From: a virus
Taxonomy: Duplodnaviria > Heunggongvirae > Uroviricota > Caudoviricetes
Reading direction: 5' to 3' (one strand)
Virus record (IMG/VR): IMGVR_UViG_3300033463_000001
Coordinates: 147,298 to 211,297 of that record
DNA length: 64,000 nt
Shown here: in pieces, positions 57,001 through 64,000 of the stretch
Position numbering within the stretch: the first letter of the stretch is position 1
Layout: every line of letters begins with the position of its first letter
Notes under the pieces: generated by a model
The model's input: only the letters and a program-made list of their open reading frames with translations
What the model was told of the DNA's origin: nothing
Databases searched by the model: none
Translations under genes and position numbers: made by a program

Positions 57001-58615
57001 AAGTGTCTATGACTACTTGCAACGCCACATTGTAATCTACACATCTGAGAGTCAGAGTGAGCCTGCAATCGAGGCTGGCATCTACATGCTCTATGTTGGC
57101 ACTACCGGAAGTGTATTCAAGCACAACACGTTCTACCTTGCTGTGAGCGACTCTTGCGGTGACCTGCATTGGGTTGCTATTGATAAGAGTGATGTCTATG
57201 TAGACTTCGAACAAAGTTTCTTGTGTCGTGTCACATCAAGTAGCAGCAACGAAACCGGTATCTATTATGAGTACGAAGTTGCGCGCGATGGTGAAGATAT
57301 GGTATGGCTAGACAACGAACAGAATCCGCACAAACGGCTTTACACGCTTGATTTTACCAACGGTGCTACATCATACGACCTGCGTGAGTGCTTGTTCAAG
57401 AATGACCTTACACCGTCTCTAACAAGGAATTATTTGATTCCTACTACTGCGTTGCATACAGCTATGGGTACAGAGACGACAACGAACTACAAATATGATG
57501 GTGTAAATAGTGTATATCCGGTTAAACGCGGTATTGCTTGTACGAATCTGCCTGCAACGGATAAATCCTATACCATTAACATGGCAAGCTGTTCATACGA
57601 TACCTATGAACTTAGTAAGGACAACTCTAACGTGATGAAGGCTATTATCAAGCCGTGTGATGAGCAGAGTTTCACCGTGGACTATTTGTCTTATTTCGAT
57701 TACAGCCAGCTGTCTGACAATATTGAGAACGACGAAATGTTCTACGTAAACAACCTCAGCCGGTTTATTGTGGAGATGAACCAGGTTAGCACAAGCGGTT
57801 CTGGTACTACATTTACTCCGAAAGCGGTACGCGAAATCATTTATCGCGATAAGGTGAACACGTTGAATAGGAGTGCACATAGCATACATATCAAGGAACC
57901 GTTGCTTATCCAGATGAATGCTACTGCAATGCGTAAGACAGGTTCGTATGATGAATGGTTAAGCGAAGTTAGCTCTTCCGTCACAGTTAACTCTCTTGGT
58001 ATCAGGTACAATAACGGAGGCAAGGCGATGAGTGAAACAATGATTGCTACAGCACCGTCTGATACAACCTATAACATTGTAGGATTCACTGCGTGTGATG
58101 AGGCTAAGACATCCGGAGACCTCATTGGTAACGTGGCCGCAGGCAGTAATTTCACTACACCTACTTGCTCGCCTATAAGGCTAACGCCGTCGACTAAACC
58201 GTACGTTATGATTGCTGACGAGAGACTATATGTCAACGCAAAAGACAATCACTTGCTACAAAGAGCAAGAGTAATTCGTTTAAGCGATATTTATAGGTTA
58301 GAGAACGCAACGCTAAGTAATATAAGTAGAGCTGTCGATAGCAATGTTGGTTCGTTGTCATTTATCCTCAAAACAAACAACACGGATACATACAATGTGC
58401 TTCTAGATGTTGATTTGAAGAGCTTCAGGATATATGATAAACTTAAAAAGGCATATTTGCCGCTTGACTTTGGACAATCATCCTACGACAGTGACGACTC
58501 CGGTACGGATAGGGTTTACGATGTATCCTTGATGTGGGATAATACATCATCTTCTAACCAACACGAGTTACATATCATAACTAAAAGCGGTATAACATAT
58601 GCGTTCGGCTTATAG
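51041..58615 (+). CDS. Very large virion structural protein (2524 aa)
   Basis: N-terminal beta-sandwich (GVIVGRVIANGGFGIPNAKVSIF, TNQSGDYMLYGVPTG), internal hydrophobic helix, Thr/Ser/Tyr-rich beta domains; follows baseplate genes. Confidence 0.75.
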   Translation: MDTNRSIRIKTNVGTDTVLDVKATNDVDFLEILSFKLRSDHNYNTMASDTGVIVGRVIANGGFGIPNAKVSIFIEADMSDDVDSRIRSFYSYRDAISKDTTQRRYNLLPEKNNTNKDCFQPVGDFPSKRLILDDDVMLEVYERYFKLTTVTNQSGDYMLYGVPTGQQILHVDIDLSDIGILSQRPSDLIYKGYNINQFNNGSQFKTSDNLDELAQIYTQNHSVTVYPFWGDQTKNNIAITRCDINISYRFEPTCVFMGSTFTDDKTRFISKWCGFSNGMGNNGDLITNSGIIEMIRKTPDGYTEEFPIQGNQLINGDGVFCYQIPMNLDYMMTNEEGEMVPTDEPNKGIATRTRVRFRFSLEENDGEYNTSHCAKYLVPNNPTLVEGNNTHDITLDSGRTLESYYKFGSASNDDDFKDLYMNKVYSVKNYIPRIQKSLLPNTKHYLSIKTVNRPGNNSPLPYNTIRVDISMMFVLLCIISKVVLYAITLINWIACIFKARENSDDESTSVKTCIPFQLGDESDTVYVPGCRPRRSWDKTNNSSRWVATLKTFRNDSGIGTDSFGIKDNKYTYMYVKDDKYAAASGLFDGMEVFSGWWAARICNRAMTKDGELDPNDDADAAILPNIAYSEDDDVSFIDGVDGDLWYNDSIYIDEVIILAFFNRFKAKYENDTSVSKSSVRRFFKWEKISKALTSSQYNSHITDYGIRTNPSWAKIFDDVYGIDFNTLWDSYLSPLAELLPAISFVAETEGKSSNPYSYTFTIKMQVNEDADIMSFDRITHYWAGELMTSKKWRRYAWSQRNSNVFKLDSLLDKIESSVAEDNEVIKLNFANDWLNGGLYFPVWEMRRLRKRNFLGLFTIAGRDIFCSCTRNTSRVKVFSTCATHMNAVNGNATTEPNLSYESSLNDAKSALYRRITKYIKIKGGVIYNTKNNDGYNLYYYSLGNDISSGGGQSKLAPLFATDIILLGSLDENDMHGIPQLFPRLEPTSCNVPPITTVYYEDDSEASGGTSMFKKPVVDASGMDFSNKSPYDGAGMFGGKTYYAKYGNGLFANVTCFNAYTVSKTCSNTRRLCELGVGNDSTTTKDTVKETYSDEVPKPTDSGQESIRYSDGFVSQFDILDHEARRMFATMNYGNLTKKTFDVKTGYYNPQYTYIAPYAFNGTDVAAKDKQTTTPGTLSELYNNTALYHDIDFYDTEYMAFRNGQYGGTRFYDFSSSAPQLPFYANSYYFYFGLKPGKTALDDFNNTYFAECPHVVREAIEFDATVTYVKPGAGMYYVSGGKTLFNTATIRVEMKHVDEPYTVIIKSQLTKEVVFECEMTRSHTKVLTFNGYFSGNRGNFDVTTPAEDSLAAKILDGTYIVTVIDTNGNSGKRFVVVARGDADTTGDGGGGIVPDEPPTARSGVDYTFATTDLLEKYITPKDGEADVIKENIIANDLYGTIRFNYITIGYDRYTIKSVKKATGTERSFIIKTNPLTEDETDGVTVKMTITKINGNASFNMSDVFIDQGSAKYYNVVDNVLIFYVYKPCRVSVDMELYTDEEENPIDSYLLTVNNGETIEAYINSIPAYCLLGKNYQLAVYYSGKGNIGNFYNAQHQHHTMDGLKYYFNVHKEMFNDTGKVYLFNGLGDVDAREYWSGMIGNNAANIGDILQYGSALLDGEKYTAMMQKLYYILNMSKSTYYPSSDTANIALYSTNPRYNATNGLLYAWARPSDNPDVPDFEYDSKDGGYGELECEENKPYIVGSNFTSNKVYSEGTVTYSLPEHYRASATTPFFSPLFADNVDDSDKGGYMAISGRFEDSTQTAGGTSVKRTVVFTPKATIYSDGGQFVEDEENDTTTADYSFLYKGSEKVTPYFKYMFIDRRIDYDLELCLPGSNLLNDTDTGKTMMYRGYVAGTFINGIEMNYDSNHNIIGTTKYTSTTSTETETLNITIDFNAKFIDDFINSWNTPYKYIIYTRGDKTYTALWTESVTPATIAAVAGNTVVGTTQSVYDYLQRHIVIYTSESQSEPAIEAGIYMLYVGTTGSVFKHNTFYLAVSDSCGDLHWVAIDKSDVYVDFEQSFLCRVTSSSSNETGIYYEYEVARDGEDMVWLDNEQNPHKRLYTLDFTNGATSYDLRECLFKNDLTPSLTRNYLIPTTALHTAMGTETTTNYKYDGVNSVYPVKRGIACTNLPATDKSYTINMASCSYDTYELSKDNSNVMKAIIKPCDEQSFTVDYLSYFDYSQLSDNIENDEMFYVNNLSRFIVEMNQVSTSGSGTTFTPKAVREIIYRDKVNTLNRSAHSIHIKEPLLIQMNATAMRKTGSYDEWLSEVSSSVTVNSLGIRYNNGGKAMSETMIATAPSDTTYNIVGFTACDEAKTSGDLIGNVAAGSNFTTPTCSPIRLTPSTKPYVMIADERLYVNAKDNHLLQRARVIRLSDIYRLENATLSNISRAVDSNVGSLSFILKTNNTDTYNVLLDVDLKSFRIYDKLKKAYLPLDFGQSSYDSDDSGTDRVYDVSLMWDNTSSSNQHELHIITKSGITYAFGL

Positions 58616-58617
58616 TG

Positions 58618-61476
58618 ATGGATATTACGCTTAATAGTGCTAGAAGTAAGAGTCAAATAAACAAAGATATGGAACTACGTGTTCCGTGTGAGAGACACAG
58701 CAAACTGTTTCCTGCAACCACACTGGACACAACGTTGAATCTGAGTGAGTTGTATAGTAAGGAGCGCGAGGCATCAGACCTTGTGCGCCTTACTTGCGTT
58801 ATCACACCGATGTGCTCCAACCCGATTTTCAACAGATGCACTGAGATTGTCAAACAAGAGGGTAGTAACAGCTGTAAAGTTCTCAACTATAACCCTGCGA
58901 GTGGATACAATCACATCCAAAGCATACCTGGAACATACGGAAAACCTAGCAATTTTAAGTGGGATGCCTACGAAGGCGTACGTGACACACAGCTCAGTAA
59001 TGAGAAGTGTGGGTTTACGTATCACTGCGGGTACGATATATTCAATAATCACATCTTGCGTTCGAAATATTTCTGCAGTGTAAACAAAATGCCAACGTAT
59101 GGCACTACAACGCACAAAGATTTCAACACCATTGACGACACCGGTCGCGATGGTAAAGGAAATGCTATTATCAATGTCTATGACAATGACCCGAACGCTC
59201 CAGGATTTGTGAATAAGCTCACACCGGCAACTGGTTCAACACGTCTTTACACATCTGATGACGTATTTACGTTTCCTTCCAGTATAGCAAATAACCTGTC
59301 AGAACATAACGGGTGGTTTGGTTTCTATAACAAGAACCACATCATGGTCAACGAACTATACGACCAGGGATATGTCTTGCACCGAGTGATAAATAACCGT
59401 AGTGCAAATGATTTTATTGAGATGTACCCGGATTCAAGCCTGTACTCATTCGTTCCAAAGTATAACTACGCACGAAACAGAGCTGAAAAAAACTGGAAGT
59501 ACTATATAACCTATCCGAGAACGTCGACACAAGACGTATATTTCATTGACAAAACCACAAAAGGCCTTCTTGCAACGGCTTACGATGACCTTGCCAGGAC
59601 GAGTTCAACACTTGTCTATTCAATTGCGAAACACGGTTTAAAAGTTGGCGACACTGTCAACGTGTATGTCAATGGAGACTTGGAATATCCGTTCGCAAAG
59701 GTTCTTGCGCTTGGTAATGGTACAGAAGGTAGTGATGATTTCGTATTTGCTTTTGCTAATAACGGAATTCGTGTTACTGAGGATTGGGGAATTATCTCAG
59801 ATTCGACAGAAAACACAGATTCTGTTAGTACATACTATGAATACGACAGCACTCGATATAGAATTCACACCAACCGCACACGAGTGTCGTTTATCAATCC
59901 GAAAACTGGCAAAGAGCCGTTCGGCGATGATAGTTTCGTAATAGATGGTGACAGGTTCCCAATCAATATTGATGACACGACAGGAGAACCTCTTACGAAT
60001 ACGATTTCATTCAAAAAGGTTTCCGACGGTGCCGAGTGTGAATACTATGTACGTATTTTCACAAAACTTCCAAACTTCAAATTCGCGAAAGAAGCTATTA
60101 CTGACGAGACTGCTAATGATTTCAACGTTATTAAAAAATACGTAGGCGGAAACTCAAAGTATAATATTGAGCAATTCAGTAGTGAAAATACGAAACTTGC
60201 GTTTTCAAGAAATATTTTTAATGACCTGAAAGCCCAAATTGTATTCCTGGAGGATATCGACCTTGCTCATCTTAAAGATAATCTCGGCCGGCCGCTAACA
60301 GACCTATACTTGACAATAGTAAAGGCGAATAAAGGTCACGATGAATGGTACGAAAACTATAATTTCACCAGTAGTGAGATTGAATTCTCACACTGTTTCG
60401 GCCGTGTTACAGGTGGGTTTATCAATTCGAGGCTTTCATTACAAGAGGATTCCATTCCGAATGTGTTAAAGAACTCCTACGATATTCCAGGTATCCTAAC
60501 AAGTGATATAAACGGTGGCGAAGAAACAGATGAGGTTCTGGACGAGACACAGTGTAATTTCTATGGAGATTTATGTTGTTTCGATAAGGCAAAATTCACA
60601 GAAGAGGTGTTACTTGACTACTACATGCGTTTCAACACCGCACAACGTGAGGCAGTAGACCGTAGTAACGTGTTTATGACATACTTCGATGAGATTGAAG
60701 AATATCCAAGCGCTGCAAGTGATGGCCATAGTATGAAATATAACGGTTACACGCTCAAAGACGATTCTATTACACCCAGCGCAGACGATTTAAACATTCT
60801 TGCAAACAAGAGGGATAAGACGCGCGAAGGTTACATCTACAAGGCACATATGAGAATTCCTATTCATGGAATGTCAGAGGAACTTGAAGAGCAACAACCG
60901 AAGATTTTCAACACTGTTAACGTCATCTACACAACAAAGGTTAAGCAGTGTACAACAACGGAACTGAACTATCTCCAGGTTGGTGACAAATTCATGTTCT
61001 ACAACCTTGACAATATGAGATATGCCACTGCTCGCGTCGAATCATTGCTTGGTACGTCATACACGAGTTTCACCTATTCTGTTATAGATGGTGACATGAG
61101 TGAAGTGATGAGTACAAGTAATATTGCCGTATTAAAGCCGGATGTAACTATACCGTCTTATGCTGCATTTGTAAACGACGGTTCTTATCGGTTTGTCTGG
61201 AGGCACTTCGTTAAGAATGGAACAGGTGAATCACAGAATACGAACGTTATCAAGTTCGCCAATGGGCGATTCTACGCAACTCCTGAGTTTACATTCTACC
61301 TTCGCAGGCAAGACCCGTACGGTATTGTTGAAGAATACACACCGAACTCAATTGTTATCAATAGTGCATCATTTGAGACTGTATATACAATTCCTAATGC
61401 AGAAACCTGGTCATTCAACCTTGATTGGTTCGCAGATGGAGACCTAGTAAGTTGTGCAACAGAAAATGGAGATTAA
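58618..61476 (+). CDS. Virion structural protein (953 aa)
   Basis: Long ORF in baseplate/fibre operon; DNLGRPLTDLYLTIVK, FYGDLCCF, YMRFNTAQRE. Confidence 0.75.
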   Translation: MDITLNSARSKSQINKDMELRVPCERHSKLFPATTLDTTLNLSELYSKEREASDLVRLTCVITPMCSNPIFNRCTEIVKQEGSNSCKVLNYNPASGYNHIQSIPGTYGKPSNFKWDAYEGVRDTQLSNEKCGFTYHCGYDIFNNHILRSKYFCSVNKMPTYGTTTHKDFNTIDDTGRDGKGNAIINVYDNDPNAPGFVNKLTPATGSTRLYTSDDVFTFPSSIANNLSEHNGWFGFYNKNHIMVNELYDQGYVLHRVINNRSANDFIEMYPDSSLYSFVPKYNYARNRAEKNWKYYITYPRTSTQDVYFIDKTTKGLLATAYDDLARTSSTLVYSIAKHGLKVGDTVNVYVNGDLEYPFAKVLALGNGTEGSDDFVFAFANNGIRVTEDWGIISDSTENTDSVSTYYEYDSTRYRIHTNRTRVSFINPKTGKEPFGDDSFVIDGDRFPINIDDTTGEPLTNTISFKKVSDGAECEYYVRIFTKLPNFKFAKEAITDETANDFNVIKKYVGGNSKYNIEQFSSENTKLAFSRNIFNDLKAQIVFLEDIDLAHLKDNLGRPLTDLYLTIVKANKGHDEWYENYNFTSSEIEFSHCFGRVTGGFINSRLSLQEDSIPNVLKNSYDIPGILTSDINGGEETDEVLDETQCNFYGDLCCFDKAKFTEEVLLDYYMRFNTAQREAVDRSNVFMTYFDEIEEYPSAASDGHSMKYNGYTLKDDSITPSADDLNILANKRDKTREGYIYKAHMRIPIHGMSEELEEQQPKIFNTVNVIYTTKVKQCTTTELNYLQVGDKFMFYNLDNMRYATARVESLLGTSYTSFTYSVIDGDMSEVMSTSNIAVLKPDVTIPSYAAFVNDGSYRFVWRHFVKNGTGESQNTNVIKFANGRFYATPEFTFYLRRQDPYGIVEEYTPNSIVINSASFETVYTIPNAETWSFNLDWFADGDLVSCATENGD

Positions 61477-64000
61477 CACAATAGAAATAAAGCAGGCACC
61501 GGCCGTAACAACCACCGAAGAGCTTTCAGTGGCTAACGGCTGTATTGCTGCAGGTTCATGTAGAGTATACGACAACTATACAACTGTCAGTGGTGTTTGT
61601 ACCAATGCACAGTCTTTTTATAATGGAGAACCTGTAGAGGTGCGCTGTATGGGGTTATCAACCAATTGCCAGCTCTATCTCAGGGGTGGTGGGTTCATTG
61701 TCAATGTAGGAAAAATACATTCCGAACAGACATTAGATGTTGCTGCGTATCGCGATGTTGCATATGTCGCCTATAACGAAGGTAAACTATATGAAATCAT
61801 TGATAGTGGTTCAACAAGGTTTGATGTACGTGAGCTTGATATTGACACAAGGCCTTATATTGAGGTAGATGATGAGATAATCCATTTTGATATCCAAGTA
61901 GACGCAGAAGCTGGCTCGTATGTTACTATCAACAACTATAACTACGACGTAGTGATACGCCACGAGAGTGGTTTATTCGGAGACACGCTTCACGTAACAA
62001 GCCGAGGCGGTATGCTTGGTTATAACGAGGGAGATGTCATATATGCGTATATCTACGGACAGCATAAGGTTCCGGTTGAGATAGAAATGGGTGGCGCAGC
62101 AGTCAATGTGCTTGGTCGCACATACAATGTTATTGAGGATATTAGTCATTTTGTCGTTCGCAACAACGAAGAAATTGAAATCTTCCACGACCATGATGAC
62201 ATTTGGTCTGTGCGCGGTGACGATTCTATAACATACCATCTCAACGACGACCTTTCAGAAGCGAAAGAGTATGTTGTTGACAACGCCGGCGTTATATCAG
62301 TTAACACGTATCCTGTAAGCGGATATTCTGGGTTTGAGATTGGTGGAATGACCTATCTAATCAAGGATGATGCTGTAGAAATGTACAACAGACTCGTTGG
62401 TGCGTTCATTGTTTTGAATCGAGAGAGTGACTATTCTGCAGAACTTGCGTTATTCATTGATGAAAACCACTACGAAGAATACACACACGGTGACAAAAAG
62501 GATGTTGCGCGTGCTTTGTGTTCATTCATCGTCACCAACCAGGATATAATTGTGTTTAAGAAGAGTGAACGTATCTTTGGTAACGAGGATATGTTTGATA
62601 ATGTGACGGCTGCCGTGGAGGCAACTCTGTCTATTCGTCACACACTCGGTGGATATAGTATTCCAGTGTTGTTTAACCAACATCCGGAGCACAACTTGTG
62701 CCAGGCAGACTTCATAAAGCATCAATATGAAGACCTTGCTATTGAGGAGGAATTGAATAAGCCGGCGAACCGTATTATTGATATGGAGCGCGATTTCTAC
62801 ATTCCTGCATATAAGCCGTCAGGTCAGGCGTACGGAGAGCACTCAGACAGTGGATTTTCTCCTGTGACTGAGATTCGTTTCAACCTCCACTTCAGAACAA
62901 GGACATTGGATGACTGGCGTGTAATCGTTGATGATAAAACACCTGGTACAATCGGTAACTGTAACTGGTTCGTTACTGACTACTACGACGCACAGAAAAT
63001 GATAATGCTCAAGGATAATGGTAGCCAGCATACAAATTTATACAACAGTCTTGACGAAAAACTGTATAAGTCTTCCGACCTATTGGGGTTCCTTGGCTTC
63101 GAGACTGGTGATGTGAAGAACAGGCGTAAAAAGCTGTCTAAATCATTCATCCGTCTCATGTTCTACGATTCCGCAAACCCTGCGAATCAGACGTTGATGT
63201 ATAGTACAACTATCTTTGTGAACATCAATAAGTTAAACGGTGCGTTCATGCGGAATAATGAGGGCAAAAATATGTTTACCGACGCCGAGGAAGGTGGCGA
63301 AGGCTACATAGCATATCGCAATAACAAGACATATTTTTACGATAAACGGATAACTGCTTCTGTTGTTAGCTGTACATCTTCGTATATTACAGTCAAGTAT
63401 AATTCAAAAACAATCCCTCTATACACAGCAGGTGATTCAATCTATATCCGCACAGCATCAAGTAGTAGTGCTATTAATGGATATGGATTCACACTCAATT
63501 CAGAGTCTGATATCGACTATGGCGAGCGCACAATCAAGTTTACCGGCCATGCAGAAACTATTGCTGCGGGAACCACTGTGTACGTATATAGGGAAACGGA
63601 CGTTACTGACCCGAATAATGACTACCTGTACAACAACAGCTGCGGTGTATTCTCAGAGCCGTGTGAGTATATCACTGAAAGTGGAAAGCGTTACTACTAT
63701 CCAACACTCGATAAAGAAAACCGCCTAAGTAGTCAATTCTTAACAACACACAACTCGGTTATCGACCAATCGTCTGACGGTTTCTATATGTACCTATTCA
63801 AAGACTATGGTGAAAAGCTGCATGTTAAGGATTTATTTATGAAGGTTGAGTTTAACCACGCTGGGTACGGTGAGACAATTCCATTTATGATACTTACAGA
63901 CCCGACAACAGGTAATGAACTCACAAAGATGTCTCAGATAACGGATGACATCAAGTCCGGCTACGAGATATACGACAGTTATAAGAACATGTACATACCG
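61466..64000 (+). CDS. Virion structural protein, 3'-truncated (not in ORF track because it has no stop in the window)
   Basis: ATG 61466 (MEINTIEIKQ...). Read open by hand through IRFNLHFRTR, LLGFLGFETGDV and KSFIRLMFYDS, and the same frame reaches the end of the window (YKNMYIP). Confidence 0.8.
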   Translation, partial: MEINTIEIKQAPAVTTTEELSVANGCIAAGSCRVYDNYTTVSGVCTNAQSFYNGEPVEVRCMGLSTNCQLYLRGGGFIVNVGKIHSEQTLDVAAYRDVAYVAYNEGKLYEIIDSGSTRFDVRELDIDTRPYIEVDDEIIHFDIQVDAEAGSYVTINNYNYDVVIRHESGLFGDTLHVTSRGGMLGYNEGDVIYAYIYGQHKVPVEIEMGGAAVNVLGRTYNVIEDISHFVVRNNEEIEIFHDHDDIWSVRGDDSITYHLNDDLSEAKEYVVDNAGVISVNTYPVSGYSGFEIGGMTYLIKDDAVEMYNRLVGAFIVLNRESDYSAELALFIDENHYEEYTHGDKKDVARALCSFIVTNQDIIVFKKSERIFGNEDMFDNVTAAVEATLSIRHTLGGYSIPVLFNQHPEHNLCQADFIKHQYEDLAIEEELNKPANRIIDMERDFYIPAYKPSGQAYGEHSDSGFSPVTEIRFNLHFRTRTLDDWRVIVDDKTPGTIGNCNWFVTDYYDAQKMIMLKDNGSQHTNLYNSLDEKLYKSSDLLGFLGFETGDVKNRRKKLSKSFIRLMFYDSANPANQTLMYSTTIFVNINKLNGAFMRNNEGKNMFTDAEEGGEGYIAYRNNKTYFYDKRITASVVSCTSSYITVKYNSKTIPLYTAGDSIYIRTASSSSAINGYGFTLNSESDIDYGERTIKFTGHAETIAAGTTVYVYRETDVTDPNNDYLYNNSCGVFSEPCEYITESGKRYYYPTLDKENRLSSQFLTTHNSVIDQSSDGFYMYLFKDYGEKLHVKDLFMKVEFNHAGYGETIPFMILTDPTTGNELTKMSQITDDIKSGYEIYDSYKNMYIP

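Noticed and set aside
34-63728. Numerous minus-strand and nested plus-strand ORFs in the six-frame track (e.g. 34-969, 15583-16680, 44994-45677, 51779-52372)
   Set aside because: They lie entirely on top of well-supported + strand genes, have no motifs or promoters, and are expected shadows of biased codon usage.
1-64000. Alternative genetic code (TAG or TGA readthrough) in this window
   Set aside because: Core genes up to 2524 aa are intact in code 11 with near-complete coding density; the only broken gene is a frameshift, not an in-frame stop.
1-64000. tRNA, rRNA or other structured RNA genes
   Set aside because: Intergenic gaps are short and accounted for by promoters or terminators; I saw no cloverleaf or T-loop (GTTCRA) context. 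A tRNAscan/Infernal run would be needed to exclude them formally.

Overview
A 64 kb segment of a large (probably jumbo-size) contractile-tailed dsDNA phage. The host is most likely Bacteroidota: there are two perfect TTTG-N20-TATCTTTG promoters and no Shine-Dalgarno pattern. Nearly all genes are on the + strand in standard code 11. Order of modules: (1) 3' end of a family B DNA polymerase (<1-1188). (2) A ~12 kb early accessory operon (1309-13346) of ~37 short ORFs behind a host-type promoter. It holds eight paralogs of one unknown family (invariant GxP, AD, WSxGRL, SK, with hypervariable loops), two further duplicated families, a GNAT, a BspA-type LRR and a SLOG protein. (3) Tail module: terminator-like protein, sheath, tube, chaperone with probable frameshift extension, tape measure, tube-initiator/OmpA fusion, LysM-like protein, hub, dual-domain lysin. 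(4) Replication/recombination cluster: SSB, thymidine kinase, RecA/UvsX, frameshifted SprT, 5'-3' exonuclease, and a DnaB-like helicase with an Ala1 class-3 intein. (5) Baseplate wedge and very large virion proteins running off the right end. Two recurring phage-specific upstream motifs (TATTTATWG x8, GGACTATATTAG x4) suggest a three-tier transcription programme. A 54-aa antisense membrane gene absent from the ORF track sits upstream of the tape measure gene with its own host-type promoter. All product calls come from motif recognition by eye; no database searches were run.
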